A stretch of 32,000 nt of DNA. Source: Psychrobacter sp. DM4. GTDB lineage: Bacteria; Pseudomonadota; Gammaproteobacteria; Pseudomonadales; Moraxellaceae. The notes under the pieces were generated by a model, which searched no databases, had not been told where the DNA came from, and saw only the letters and a program-made list of their open reading frames with translations. Below are positions 19,339 to 27,835 of this stretch, one piece after another; position 1 is the stretch's first letter, and each line of letters begins with the position of its first letter. A program made the translations under genes and the position numbers. The stretch lies in the NCBI RefSeq assembly GCF_051307035.1, contig NZ_CP195536.1:2100001-2132000 (forward strand), read 5' to 3'.

Positions 19339-19623
19339 TTATGCAGCAGTTGCATATTTTTGACGTACGATGTGGGTCATCTCAACCATATTGCGCAGTT
19401 GCAAGAGCGGCGGTTGTACGCCAAAAGCGACTGCTTGGCTAAGTACTAAATCATAGTGGGCAATGCCGCTTGAGTAGTCGTTTTTGCCTTGCCAATAATG
19501 CTCAAGGGCAAACTTGGTCTGACGTTTATCGCCGATACGGGGATAGCCTAGGATGTGAGCTGAAATCTTAGCGGCTTGGCTGCTATTAGAAACTTGGTTG
19601 CTGGCTGTCATGTTGTACTCCAT
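19339..19623 (-). pseudogene. metE: Remnant of cobalamin-independent methionine synthase (N-terminal fragment only)
   Basis: This is a 94-codon [29 protein letters not shown] parallels the E. coli MetE N-terminus [42 protein letters not shown] parallels AWYDHVLTTSLLLGNVP, but the roughly 30 residues normally between them are missing. The remaining roughly 650 residues of MetE are absent. Confidence 0.55.
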
Positions 19624-20233
19624 CGATAGAAAAATTAGAATGACTATTTCGATGGAGCAATCATAGCGGACTTGTATAGTGAATAAAAATCAACTTACTT
19701 GTTATAAGATGAATTATATTAATGTCATATAATTTGTAAAACTCATCCACAAAAAACATATCAATGAGCATTAGCAGATTTTTTGTCTCTACGCTTGTAA
19801 CTCATAGACTCAAAGCAAGTTTAATATTTCATTCTACGCTCGATTTGTTCACCCTTGAGCATATCAATTTCATAGTAGGTTAGAGAATTAACCTATTTGC
19901 GATTGTTTTTGAATACTATTTCAAACATTTGACTATTGGCTACTCGCTTGAGCTTTTACGGCTTTAATCACAGCTGTCAGACTAGCGCCTAACGTTATAA
20001 GTTTAGGTTTACTAAAAAATCACGCATGATTATCTTCTTATTTCTATCACCCTATTGCTCATAAAGTAGCGTTTTTAACGCGTATCTTCAGAATATATAG
20101 ATCGCAAAACGCAAGGATTCTGTTTATAGAAATCAACTATAAATTTGTACGCTGAGTCCATACATAATCAACTTATTTTTATCCTCGAACGCTATAATAC
20201 GTCAGCATTACAAGCCAATTTATATTTCTATTC

Positions 20234-21043
20234 ATGAGACCCTTATTACCTATGCAAAGCACGTATCAGACCGCAGCCTTAAACGACGATTACTATTATT
20301 CAGATATTCTTTACTCTCCTTATCAAACACTCCCTCCTGTGATACAAGACACGCTGTTAGATCGACAACGCATTATTGTAATCGCGAACAATCCTTCGAT
20401 CACTCAGGCCAAACTTGAAGCCCTATTGCAACCTACTGATATGCTGGTTTTGTTTAACGACTTTATTCATGCTGAGTTTTTTGCTTATCATCCTAGTGCT
20501 AAAGATCTACCGAAGCTCTTATTCTTTAGACAAAATGGCGACAGCTTATTGCATTTTGGCTTACCGCCACGCAGCAATAATTTGACCGCGATACTCGAAA
20601 TGACAAAACATGCGACGCTTGGTATGTTATTTGGGAACACTGACTATCAGTTCCCTCTGCCAAGCGACGACCCCAGACCCAATGATGATCCGATCACCGC
20701 TAACCGAGTGCTAGAGATTCCAAAGCCACTCGATAAGTTACTGCGGAGTCAAGAGCATTGCGGCGTATTGTCAGAGCAACATAGCGTAGTGGCGGATTAC
20801 CCTGTATTTGCTGATATTCACTCTTCTGCGCCGACATCAGGGTTTTTGTTATATCGTCTACTACTAGCGGCATGCTTGGAGGTGCAACAGCAGAAAAATG
20901 CTGATACTCCGATATCCATAGTCATGTTAGGCTTCAATAATGAGAATAAAACCGCGAACTTTTGGGAAGGTCATAATTGGGCGTTTGAGAGACAAGAGCT
21001 TGCCACGCCGCCTCATGGGGTTGAGATTATTCGTCAGTATTAG
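20234..21043 (+). CDS. Hypothetical protein; weak motif-order resemblance to Cst-II/GT42-type (GNGPS-Rossmann) glycosyltransferases
   Basis: 269 aa. The ordered motifs are IIVIANNPSI, LVLFNDF, SSAPTSGFLLYRLL, MLGFNNEN and EGHNWAFERQE. They parallel IAGNGPSL, FRCNQFY, TSGVYM, GIDFY and the catalytic His of Campylobacter Cst-II as I recall it. The gene is convergent with the GT operon. Function confidence is low (about 0.25); CDS confidence is higher. Confidence 0.7.
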   Translation: MRPLLPMQSTYQTAALNDDYYYSDILYSPYQTLPPVIQDTLLDRQRIIVIANNPSITQAKLEALLQPTDMLVLFNDFIHAEFFAYHPSAKDLPKLLFFRQNGDSLLHFGLPPRSNNLTAILEMTKHATLGMLFGNTDYQFPLPSDDPRPNDDPITANRVLEIPKPLDKLLRSQEHCGVLSEQHSVVADYPVFADIHSSAPTSGFLLYRLLLAACLEVQQQKNADTPISIVMLGFNNENKTANFWEGHNWAFERQELATPPHGVEIIRQY

Positions 21044-21094
21044 TTGATTAATGCCAGCAAACCCGTGCTGATGAATATAGGCTAACTCAGCCAT

Positions 21095-22057
21095 TTACAC
21101 ATAAGGCGCATCTGGACAATGCGCCGCAAGAATTTCAGCCTCGTTTGGTTGCCTTTTGATACCAATTGCCATCGTCTGCGTCTCCTGCCAGTCAATCAAT
21201 TGCAACTGTGCAAACTCTGTCAGCCATCCTGCCATCGGCCAATGCTGCCACTTTTCATAAAATCGATTGGCATTAATCACAATGCTGTCCAAATGATTGA
21301 GCGGTGGCCGATACACGCTATGCTGTTGATGGTAAATCACATTGTCCGTTAAATAAAAGTCGATACCAAGCGCGCGTGCCACAAAAGCGAAATCGGTGTC
21401 CTCCGCGCCGTAGCCGACATAGTCAGTATCAAACCCCCCAATCTGCTCAAACTGAGGACGCATTATCGCAAAACAAAGGCTCCAAAATGCGCCGTAATCT
21501 TGCGTCTGCTTAATAGACTTACCATGATGCTGTAAATCAAAGTTATCCCGATAAGGGTTAAATACGGACAGCTTGTCTAAAAAGTCGGCTGTTAATTTAC
21601 CTTGTTGTAGCTGGCTGCCCTCATCGTCTGTCAAAGGGCGGGTTAGATAGCGCGGTTGACCCATGAGTAAGGCTTTGGGATGTGCTTGAAGCTTACTATA
21701 CAACTGCTCTATAAAAGTTGGTGCGACAATACAATCCACATCCAAAAAAATCATCGCATCATATGTAGCGCGCGCAGCGCCAAGATTACGGTTACGACCA
21801 ATATCAAATGACGCGCTATCTGCGACCCCATCCTCAGTCGTTGCAATCTTAATGATATTCAAATCATATTCTGCTAAGCGCTCAGTCTCGGCATCATCAT
21901 TAACGATAATGACCTCACTTGGTCTGACACTACCGTTAGCCAAGCTACTTAGTAAATTATAGAGGTGGCGGTTGCGTCCGTAGCAGGTGGTTACTATGCT
22001 CAAAGGTACGCTCGCGGGCATAGCGTTATGAGTGGCGTTTTTTACTTTAGTCGTCAT
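21095..22057 (-). CDS. Glycosyltransferase family 2 (soluble GT-A, galactosyltransferase-like C-terminal region)
   Basis: 320 aa. Motifs are LSIVTTCYGRNRHL, SEVIIVNDD, a DxD-type FLDVDC, and GYGAEDTDFAFVARALG, which is typical of the Glyco_transf_7C-like tail. No TM helices are present. Confidence 0.85.
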   Translation of the reverse strand: MTTKVKNATHNAMPASVPLSIVTTCYGRNRHLYNLLSSLANGSVRPSEVIIVNDDAETERLAEYDLNIIKIATTEDGVADSASFDIGRNRNLGAARATYDAMIFLDVDCIVAPTFIEQLYSKLQAHPKALLMGQPRYLTRPLTDDEGSQLQQGKLTADFLDKLSVFNPYRDNFDLQHHGKSIKQTQDYGAFWSLCFAIMRPQFEQIGGFDTDYVGYGAEDTDFAFVARALGIDFYLTDNVIYHQQHSVYRPPLNHLDSIVINANRFYEKWQHWPMAGWLTEFAQLQLIDWQETQTMAIGIKRQPNEAEILAAHCPDAPYV

Positions 22058-22074
22058 AAATACGTTTACTCTTA

Positions 22075-23328
22075 TTATCTTTCAGGTTTTATACCACATT
22101 GCGGCAATAACCAATCCTCAAACCAAGTTTTGACAGAAGCATAGTCACCGATACTATCCATAAAGTTTTGTGCAGGGGTGCTAGTTGGATGACCGATCAA
22201 AGGAGTTTTTTCTTTGTTAGTCGATTTATCGCTAATCGATTCACTGGGAGTGAACAGAGAAGATGATACGTCTTGACTATCCAAATCTGTCATTTGGGCC
22301 GTGAATTGCGCCCAACTCAAAGCGCGACCTTGTCCAATCAACGCCTCTGCCATGACGTCTTGCTCACGGTGTGGACGCTGATCTGGCAATACTACAAGCG
22401 GTGTCGCGTAATCATAAGCTTGCGCAATACCGTTCAAACCACACGCCATCAGCAGCAGATCGCTATGAGCAATAAATGGAGTCACATCATCCACATGAGC
22501 GGCGATATCGACACAATTACGCCTCTCATCATTGATAGGCCCAAGCGATATAATCAGCGCATTTGGTAATAGGCGGCGTAACTCTGGTAGCTTGGCATCA
22601 ATAGCGTCGTGCCCACCATAACCTTTGATTACGGTAACAATGTCTTGCTTCTTAAAATTATCTTCAGCGAAATTATCAGCAGCGTCCAAATGAGCGTCCA
22701 ACCGCTCGTGGATAGCACTATCAGTTGTGAGCGTTGTTAGTTTGTCTATGAAAGACGTCAAGGATAACGGCTTATCTGTTTTATCAGGCATGAAATCCAG
22801 ATATAGTGTTTTTTGGCGTACCCAGTCCGGCGTTGCTGCCGCTTCTAATACCTTTGGGTAAGGAGCCAATAGTCCAAGCGCGCCTGCAAAAGCATTTAGA
22901 TGTGGCGCGTCATTACGCTCGCCTGCCAGTCTCACATACAAGTAGGGCACGCTAGCAGTGCGACATAACATAGCGACTTCGACGCTCACATCAATAATCA
23001 TCAAATCAATCTGACGCTGACGAATGCCATCAATGAGTTGACAACTACGGGTTTGAATATTGACATTGCCAACGGGTGAATAATGCAAGCTACTTGGCTG
23101 CCAATAGTCCCCTGCTCGTCCTGGCAATACCTCCTCTGGCAGCTGATCCTCAGCGCTCAACCGTACCATTTGCTCATCAGTTATCGTGCTAAAGTGATAA
23201 CCCTCGTCAGACAGGCTAGTGAATACAGTCATCTGCTTACGCAATGCAAGTGGTAACAAAGCCGCCAGTTTATCCGCTTGGCGGCAGTGGCCTGAGCCAT
23301 GATGATGAGCATAGTAGCCGATACGCAT
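22075..23328 (-). CDS. GT-B glycosyltransferase with MurG/GT28-like C-terminal domain
   Basis: 417 aa. The N-terminus is MRIGYYAHHHGSGHCRQA (Gly-rich G-x-GH loop). The C-terminal region AHSDLLLMACGLNGIAQAYDYATPLVVLPDQRPHREQDVMAEAL resembles the Glyco_tran_28_C nucleotide-sugar-binding half. A roughly 60-aa Ser/Thr-rich tail follows. Confidence 0.8.
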   Translation of the reverse strand: MRIGYYAHHHGSGHCRQADKLAALLPLALRKQMTVFTSLSDEGYHFSTITDEQMVRLSAEDQLPEEVLPGRAGDYWQPSSLHYSPVGNVNIQTRSCQLIDGIRQRQIDLMIIDVSVEVAMLCRTASVPYLYVRLAGERNDAPHLNAFAGALGLLAPYPKVLEAAATPDWVRQKTLYLDFMPDKTDKPLSLTSFIDKLTTLTTDSAIHERLDAHLDAADNFAEDNFKKQDIVTVIKGYGGHDAIDAKLPELRRLLPNALIISLGPINDERRNCVDIAAHVDDVTPFIAHSDLLLMACGLNGIAQAYDYATPLVVLPDQRPHREQDVMAEALIGQGRALSWAQFTAQMTDLDSQDVSSSLFTPSESISDKSTNKEKTPLIGHPTSTPAQNFMDSIGDYASVKTWFEDWLLPQCGIKPER

Positions 23329-23449
23329 AGAGGATATCCTAAGGTTTTTTGCTTAAGTAATGAATCAATTCAGTCTGTTTTTTGGAAGATTTTTAATAGG
23401 TTAAACCAATATTCAAACTTACGCCCCAAGCCCAAATAATAAGTATTAT

Positions 23450-24658
23450 CTAAAAGGACAAGGCTTGACTCTGAGTATGAACACTACGACTATTCTCTAA
23501 GGCCTGCTCGTATAGGCTCAGATAACCATCGACCATTGCAGCGACAGAACAAAACTGCTCAGCACGCAAGCGACATGCCGCGCGAGAAATATCTTGGATA
23601 GTATCAAAGGCTTGAATAAAGGCTTCTTGGTCCATTTTGGGTACGATAATACCCGTCGTAGGTGTGATAATCTCCTGACTCGCCCCAACATCAAAACCTA
23701 TGACTGGCGTACCGCAAGCCAAACTCTCCGCCAAAGTCAATCCATAAGGCTCATCCCAAGTGCTAGTAAATAGCATAGCGGTAACTTGACTCAGATGCTC
23801 ATTAATTTGGTCTTTACTCAGATGACCCACATAATCGAACAAAGACCCATCAAGCTCATCTTCTTCTAGTAAGGGCGCCACATACTCATCGAAATATTCC
23901 TGATTGCTTTTAGGTCCAGCAATGATCAGGCGCTTGCCTGCTGCTTTGCAGTACGCCATAGCTAGATGTGTCCCCTTTTCAATACAGATGCGCCCGTACC
24001 AAAAATAAACCTCGTCTTCAATAGGCTGAACGTTGGCTGTAAACGATTGAACATCGATACCGTTATAGACCACTTGAGAAGGCACGAACTCAGCAAATAG
24101 CTGCCGCTGATGACTACTGATCGCAGTGAACTGGGTTTGTGTGCCTTGGCGTAGTGTTAGCAGCGCCAGACGCAGCTGCGGAAAAATCGGCGTATGAAAA
24201 GTCGTAAAGCACCGTGCGCCAAGCGCCTGCCCCATCATCATTGGGATATGATGCAAGCTATGGTTGTGGACGACATCAATTAAACCTTGCTCATCACGAC
24301 TGATAATATCGCGCATGGCATGCTGATAGACCAAATACTGATATAGCTCTTCACGGCTCATACCGACCGAATCATGCTCATTCTCGTAAACGAGCGCATC
24401 AAACTGCGTTCGCGTCATAAACGGTATGAGCGTGGCATTCGTTTGGCTCTCAGCGTGCGCATATAGCAATACGTCATGTCCTTGAGCGACCAACTCATTA
24501 CAAATAAGCTCAGTAATCATCTCAAGACCGCCTGCATAAGGCTGTGCAATAGGGTATAAAGAATGGGCGATGATAGCGATATGCATCTTTTTTGGGGTTC
24601 CACTTAGTGAGTTAATAGTTTGAGTATAATCAGGTATATAAGACTTGTTAGCAGTCAT
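23450..24658 (-). CDS. Glycosyltransferase family 4 (GT-B, retaining)
   Basis: The N-terminal core is MHIAIIAHSLYPIAQPYAGGLE. The E-x7-E region is EPYGLTLAESLACGTPVIGFDVGASQEII. The ORF-track start (24748) is a TTG that overlaps the upstream synthase gene by 38 nt, so I use ATG 24658. ATG 24586 (MHIAII...) would give the most canonical GT4 N-terminus. Confidence 0.85.
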   Translation of the reverse strand: MTANKSYIPDYTQTINSLSGTPKKMHIAIIAHSLYPIAQPYAGGLEMITELICNELVAQGHDVLLYAHAESQTNATLIPFMTRTQFDALVYENEHDSVGMSREELYQYLVYQHAMRDIISRDEQGLIDVVHNHSLHHIPMMMGQALGARCFTTFHTPIFPQLRLALLTLRQGTQTQFTAISSHQRQLFAEFVPSQVVYNGIDVQSFTANVQPIEDEVYFWYGRICIEKGTHLAMAYCKAAGKRLIIAGPKSNQEYFDEYVAPLLEEDELDGSLFDYVGHLSKDQINEHLSQVTAMLFTSTWDEPYGLTLAESLACGTPVIGFDVGASQEIITPTTGIIVPKMDQEAFIQAFDTIQDISRAACRLRAEQFCSVAAMVDGYLSLYEQALENSRSVHTQSQALSF

Positions 24659-24710
24659 ATCCAAGGTACGAGTATCTATATACGTAAAATGAAAAGTATA
24701 GAAAACGGCA

Positions 24711-26387
24711 TCAGAAGTGTTCTGACTCGTGTAACTTCTTGGTATCAAAAGTAGTAGAGACAGACTCGTTAATACTTTTTGATGCTCTGTTAGATAGGGT
24801 GCTTTTAGTCGTTAAAGGTTCGCTGATAATAGTAGTATAACCGTAGTTATCAAAAGCTACTTTTGCCGACCATAGCTTTATTAGAGTAATCATTAACGCG
24901 CAAAAAAACAGCACAGGAGAGTAAAGCGCTGACCACGGAGATGTCAGGACTACTGTCGCTATATTAAGTATAAGTAATAACTTTGGTAAAGCACTAATAT
25001 TGGCACGGCGCACTGTCTTGCGAGTACGAGCGATATCTTGTTTGGGCGTACAGACGAATGGTTTGTCACGGCCCCAAAGTACAGGCAGCCAAGATAACGC
25101 GCCAACCTCCCAAAAATTTAGATGCAAAGCCCAAGCGCGTAGCCTCTTGTAGAGATCTGGTGCATAGCGGCTATCAACTTGCTGGTTTAAGGGCGATTTG
25201 TCTTGGCAATAAGCCCACAATCGTCTGAATAGAAAAACACCATAAGCAGCATAAACGATATATAAAGGAGCAAGTAATACAGACATATCAGCATTTACCC
25301 CTATCACCAGTACACTCAGTACGATCAGCTGCGTACAAAGATGAAGGAGGATAAAGATACCTGTAAAATTAATCCAAGCACTCAGCTGAGATAAGTGCGC
25401 ACGCATATAACTTAAATCTTTGTGTGTAATATTTCTGACTGTTGAATCAGACGCTATACGTGAATCAAAGTAAGTATTGAGCACTTGCGCATTACCATAG
25501 ACCCAGCGTTGACGCTGAGCAATCAAATCACAAAAGGTATTTGGCAATACGCCTGTGGCAATGACTTTAGGTATAAAACGGCTTTGAAGGCCCATACGGT
25601 GCATCAGCACGCCCATCTGGGCATCTTCAGTGATTGACGCCCCAGACCAGCCACCAATATCTAGCAAAGCGCGGCGACGAATGACTGCGTAAGTGCCCGT
25701 TGATAGCGCGCGCTCACTATTAAAATCTCGATACAAATGATAGTTGAAGTAATGGTTGAGCTCGCTATGAATATCAGCGCGTCCTGCGTCACGATAAAAC
25801 TGCGGGAACTGTAGTAGTGCGTGAGTAGGATATTCATCTATGGCAGCGACAATAGCCTCTCTCGCTTTTGGCAGAGCCTGATAATCGCTATCAACGACGA
25901 CGATATGACTACAGTTTGGATTCATAAGTCCAAGTGCCAAATTGAGCGCGCCTGCTTTGAAGCCCTCTACCGCATCGATATGATAAAAGTGTACGTGTAG
26001 CGCATCATCAAGCGTGTCGCAAAAATCAGCTAAAGGCTCATACAACTCTCTTTGAGTATGATTATTGTCAATAATAATGATCTCATCATTGACCTCTTTG
26101 ATAGCGAGTAACGAGCGAATAGTAGCCAGTACTAAAGCGATAGGTTCAGCACGTATAATCAACTGGTAACTAAGTGCTATAGAAGGGCTAATTGGAAGAG
26201 GGTTATCACTTACAAAAGAATTATCTTGAAGGTTTTGAGTATGAGTGTAGGAAGTATCGACATGAATTAAATCGTTTGCCTTTTTTATGGGCGACTTGCT
26301 GTCTTTGGCAGGTCTGTTTTTTATTATAGTGTCACCGAGTATCCTAAGCGCACTTTGAGTATTATTTAACTCCTTACTGATCATCAT
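24711..26387 (-). CDS. Membrane-embedded family 2 glycosyltransferase with processive-synthase signature (D, DxD, TED, QxxRW)
   Basis: 558 aa. Motifs are EIIIIDNN, VVVDSDY, SITEDAQMG and LIAQRQRWVYGNAQV. About 5-6 TM helices all lie C-terminal to the catalytic domain (residues about 330-520). The N-terminal roughly 75 aa are hydrophilic and low-complexity. No PilZ-like RxxxR...DxSxxG motif is recognisable. Confidence 0.85.
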   Translation of the reverse strand: MMISKELNNTQSALRILGDTIIKNRPAKDSKSPIKKANDLIHVDTSYTHTQNLQDNSFVSDNPLPISPSIALSYQLIIRAEPIALVLATIRSLLAIKEVNDEIIIIDNNHTQRELYEPLADFCDTLDDALHVHFYHIDAVEGFKAGALNLALGLMNPNCSHIVVVDSDYQALPKAREAIVAAIDEYPTHALLQFPQFYRDAGRADIHSELNHYFNYHLYRDFNSERALSTGTYAVIRRRALLDIGGWSGASITEDAQMGVLMHRMGLQSRFIPKVIATGVLPNTFCDLIAQRQRWVYGNAQVLNTYFDSRIASDSTVRNITHKDLSYMRAHLSQLSAWINFTGIFILLHLCTQLIVLSVLVIGVNADMSVLLAPLYIVYAAYGVFLFRRLWAYCQDKSPLNQQVDSRYAPDLYKRLRAWALHLNFWEVGALSWLPVLWGRDKPFVCTPKQDIARTRKTVRRANISALPKLLLILNIATVVLTSPWSALYSPVLFFCALMITLIKLWSAKVAFDNYGYTTIISEPLTTKSTLSNRASKSINESVSTTFDTKKLHESEHF

Positions 26388-26611
26388 GTTCTATCCCTAG
26401 CTGCATATCCACCACCTAGTAGTGTGTAATATCAAAAAGTGATTCAATGATAGCTATAAAGAAGATCAATAATTACTGACGCTATGTCTAAAATCCTGAA
26501 TAAATGTAACGCTGAGTAAGAAGTGTAGAGGTATTTTTAAATTAGCTACTTACACGCCAAAAAACTTTAGCAGGAGTCTAGTCAAGGATAATGAGCATTA
26601 CAGTTTAATCA

Positions 26612-26637
26612 GAAAAATGCCTACCTTTTGGGTAGAC
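26612..26637 (-). terminator. Weak terminator-like hairpin downstream of the GNAT gene
   Basis: Short stem cctacc / ggtag with a tttt loop. On the minus strand it is followed by ATTTTTCT. The stem is short, so this is low confidence. Confidence 0.35.
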
Positions 26638-26768
26638 GACTGCTTAACTTACTATGCAAAATGCTTATTTACTACGATAGAAAAATAGACGTTTGGTTCG
26701 GAGCACTATAGGCGCTCAAGGCATCAGCGCCATGTTTAAACCTGATAGTATTAGCCGCTGCAATTGCC

Positions 26769-27371
26769 TTATATCGAGCCGACCATAGTAGTGATCTCTC
26801 GCCAGTCATCTTGCATAATTTTGAAGAGTACATGCTTGGCGAGTGGATGATCAGAGTCAAGCATAGGATGATAAAAGTCATCTTGCGTGTTACTCATACC
26901 GATACGCTTCATAATCATTTGTGAGTGCTCATTAATAACGGCAGTGAAGGCCACGACTGCATCAAGTTTAAGATCATTAAAGGCAAAGCATAGAGCTGCG
27001 CGCGCCGCTTCAGTGGCATACCCTTGTCCCCAATATCTCTTTTGCAAACGCCAACCTATCTCGACACTTGGTGCAAACGGCATATCTGCGTGAGTCTCAT
27101 TTAAGCCAACCATACCGATGAATTTATTAGTCTCTTTTAGGCTCACGACCCAAAATCCCCAACCGTTATCTTCAATAAGTTGCTGGCACTTATTGGCAAT
27201 CACATCGCTCTGCGCAGAGGAGAGTCGTTTGGGAAAATATCTCATGACCTCAGTATCGGCATTCATTTGCGCAAAATCAGCGTAGTCACTTGGCTGCCAT
27301 TGTCTAAGTATCAGACGCTCTGTCACACGTGTTGATATGCCCGCCTCTGACATCTTTATCTTAGCTGTCAT
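26769..27371 (-). CDS. GNAT-family N-acetyltransferase (RimJ/RimL-like, Acetyltransf_3 type)
   Basis: 200 aa. The N-terminal motif is TERLILRQWQPSDYADFAQMNADTEVMRYF. The acetyl-CoA-binding motif is RYWGQGYATEAARAALCFAF. Confidence 0.85.
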   Translation of the reverse strand: MTAKIKMSEAGISTRVTERLILRQWQPSDYADFAQMNADTEVMRYFPKRLSSAQSDVIANKCQQLIEDNGWGFWVVSLKETNKFIGMVGLNETHADMPFAPSVEIGWRLQKRYWGQGYATEAARAALCFAFNDLKLDAVVAFTAVINEHSQMIMKRIGMSNTQDDFYHPMLDSDHPLAKHVLFKIMQDDWREITTMVGSI

Positions 27372-27399
27372 GCTACCGTCTTACCTCATCTAGTATAAG

Positions 27400-27786
27400 T
27401 CACACTGTAATGTTATAACTTAAATCACGCGCTTCGTCACCTGTGATACCGCGAAAACCCCAGCAGTGCGCAGGCTGCTCTTTTATGGTGATCTCGATAT
27501 CTATCGGTGCTATCCCTACCTGCGCTTCAATCTGCTTAAATAATGCTTTAATCAGCGCCTTTTGTGTGGCGATAGTACGTCCTGCCATCATGTTGATCTC
27601 AATGACAGTATAAGCCGCTGAGCGATCGCTAGGATAATAGAAATCTTCGGCATCCATAGGCATAAAACGCTGTGCACGCTTGCCCTCTGGTAGCCCAAGG
27701 ACAGACATCATGCAACTATGAATGATCTCTGATAGCTTACGTTTGATGGGGTTTAAGTGCTCTTTGATACCATACACTACGATCAT
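27400..27786 (-). CDS. Tautomerase-superfamily protein (Tautomerase_2-like), lacking the canonical N-terminal Pro
   Basis: 128 aa. The pattern ...YTVIEINMMAGRTIATQKALIKALFKQIEAQVGIAPIDIEITIKEQPAHCWGFRG matches the long-form tautomerase family as I recall it. The N-terminus is MIVVYG, not MP... An in-frame TAA 6 nt upstream of the ATG rules out a longer form. Confidence 0.65.
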   Translation of the reverse strand: MIVVYGIKEHLNPIKRKLSEIIHSCMMSVLGLPEGKRAQRFMPMDAEDFYYPSDRSAAYTVIEINMMAGRTIATQKALIKALFKQIEAQVGIAPIDIEITIKEQPAHCWGFRGITGDEARDLSYNITV

Positions 27787-27835
27787 CTCTTACTTGTCCT
27801 CGTATAGTTGTTGCTATGATTTTAGTCTCTAAATC

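Noticed and set aside
19688-20175. Three copies of the 8-mer aatcaact, two extended to aatcaactta (19688-19697, 20131-20140, 20166-20175)
   Set aside because: A short AT-rich 8-10-mer recurring within 600 bp of AT-rich DNA is plausibly chance. There is no dyad symmetry and no consistent spacing to a promoter.
19624-20233. Cobalamin riboswitch or other leader upstream of the metE remnant
   Set aside because: I looked on the minus strand for a B12-box-like element (GCCACTG-type core, GGTGAAAATCC-type region) and found none. The region is simply AT-rich. Only an Infernal/Rfam scan could settle this.
26672-26881. 69-aa minus-strand ORF overlapping the 3' end of the GNAT gene
   Set aside because: It overlaps the GNAT frame by more than 100 nt in another frame and has no SD or motif. 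It is most likely spurious.
26769-27786. GNAT plus an upstream small gene as a GNAT-toxin/antitoxin (TacT/AtaT-like) pair
   Set aside because: The GNAT has the RimJ/RimL-type N-terminal motif and is 200 aa long. The upstream gene is tautomerase-like, not an RHH/DUF1778 antitoxin. The gene order and sizes do not fit the TA paradigm.
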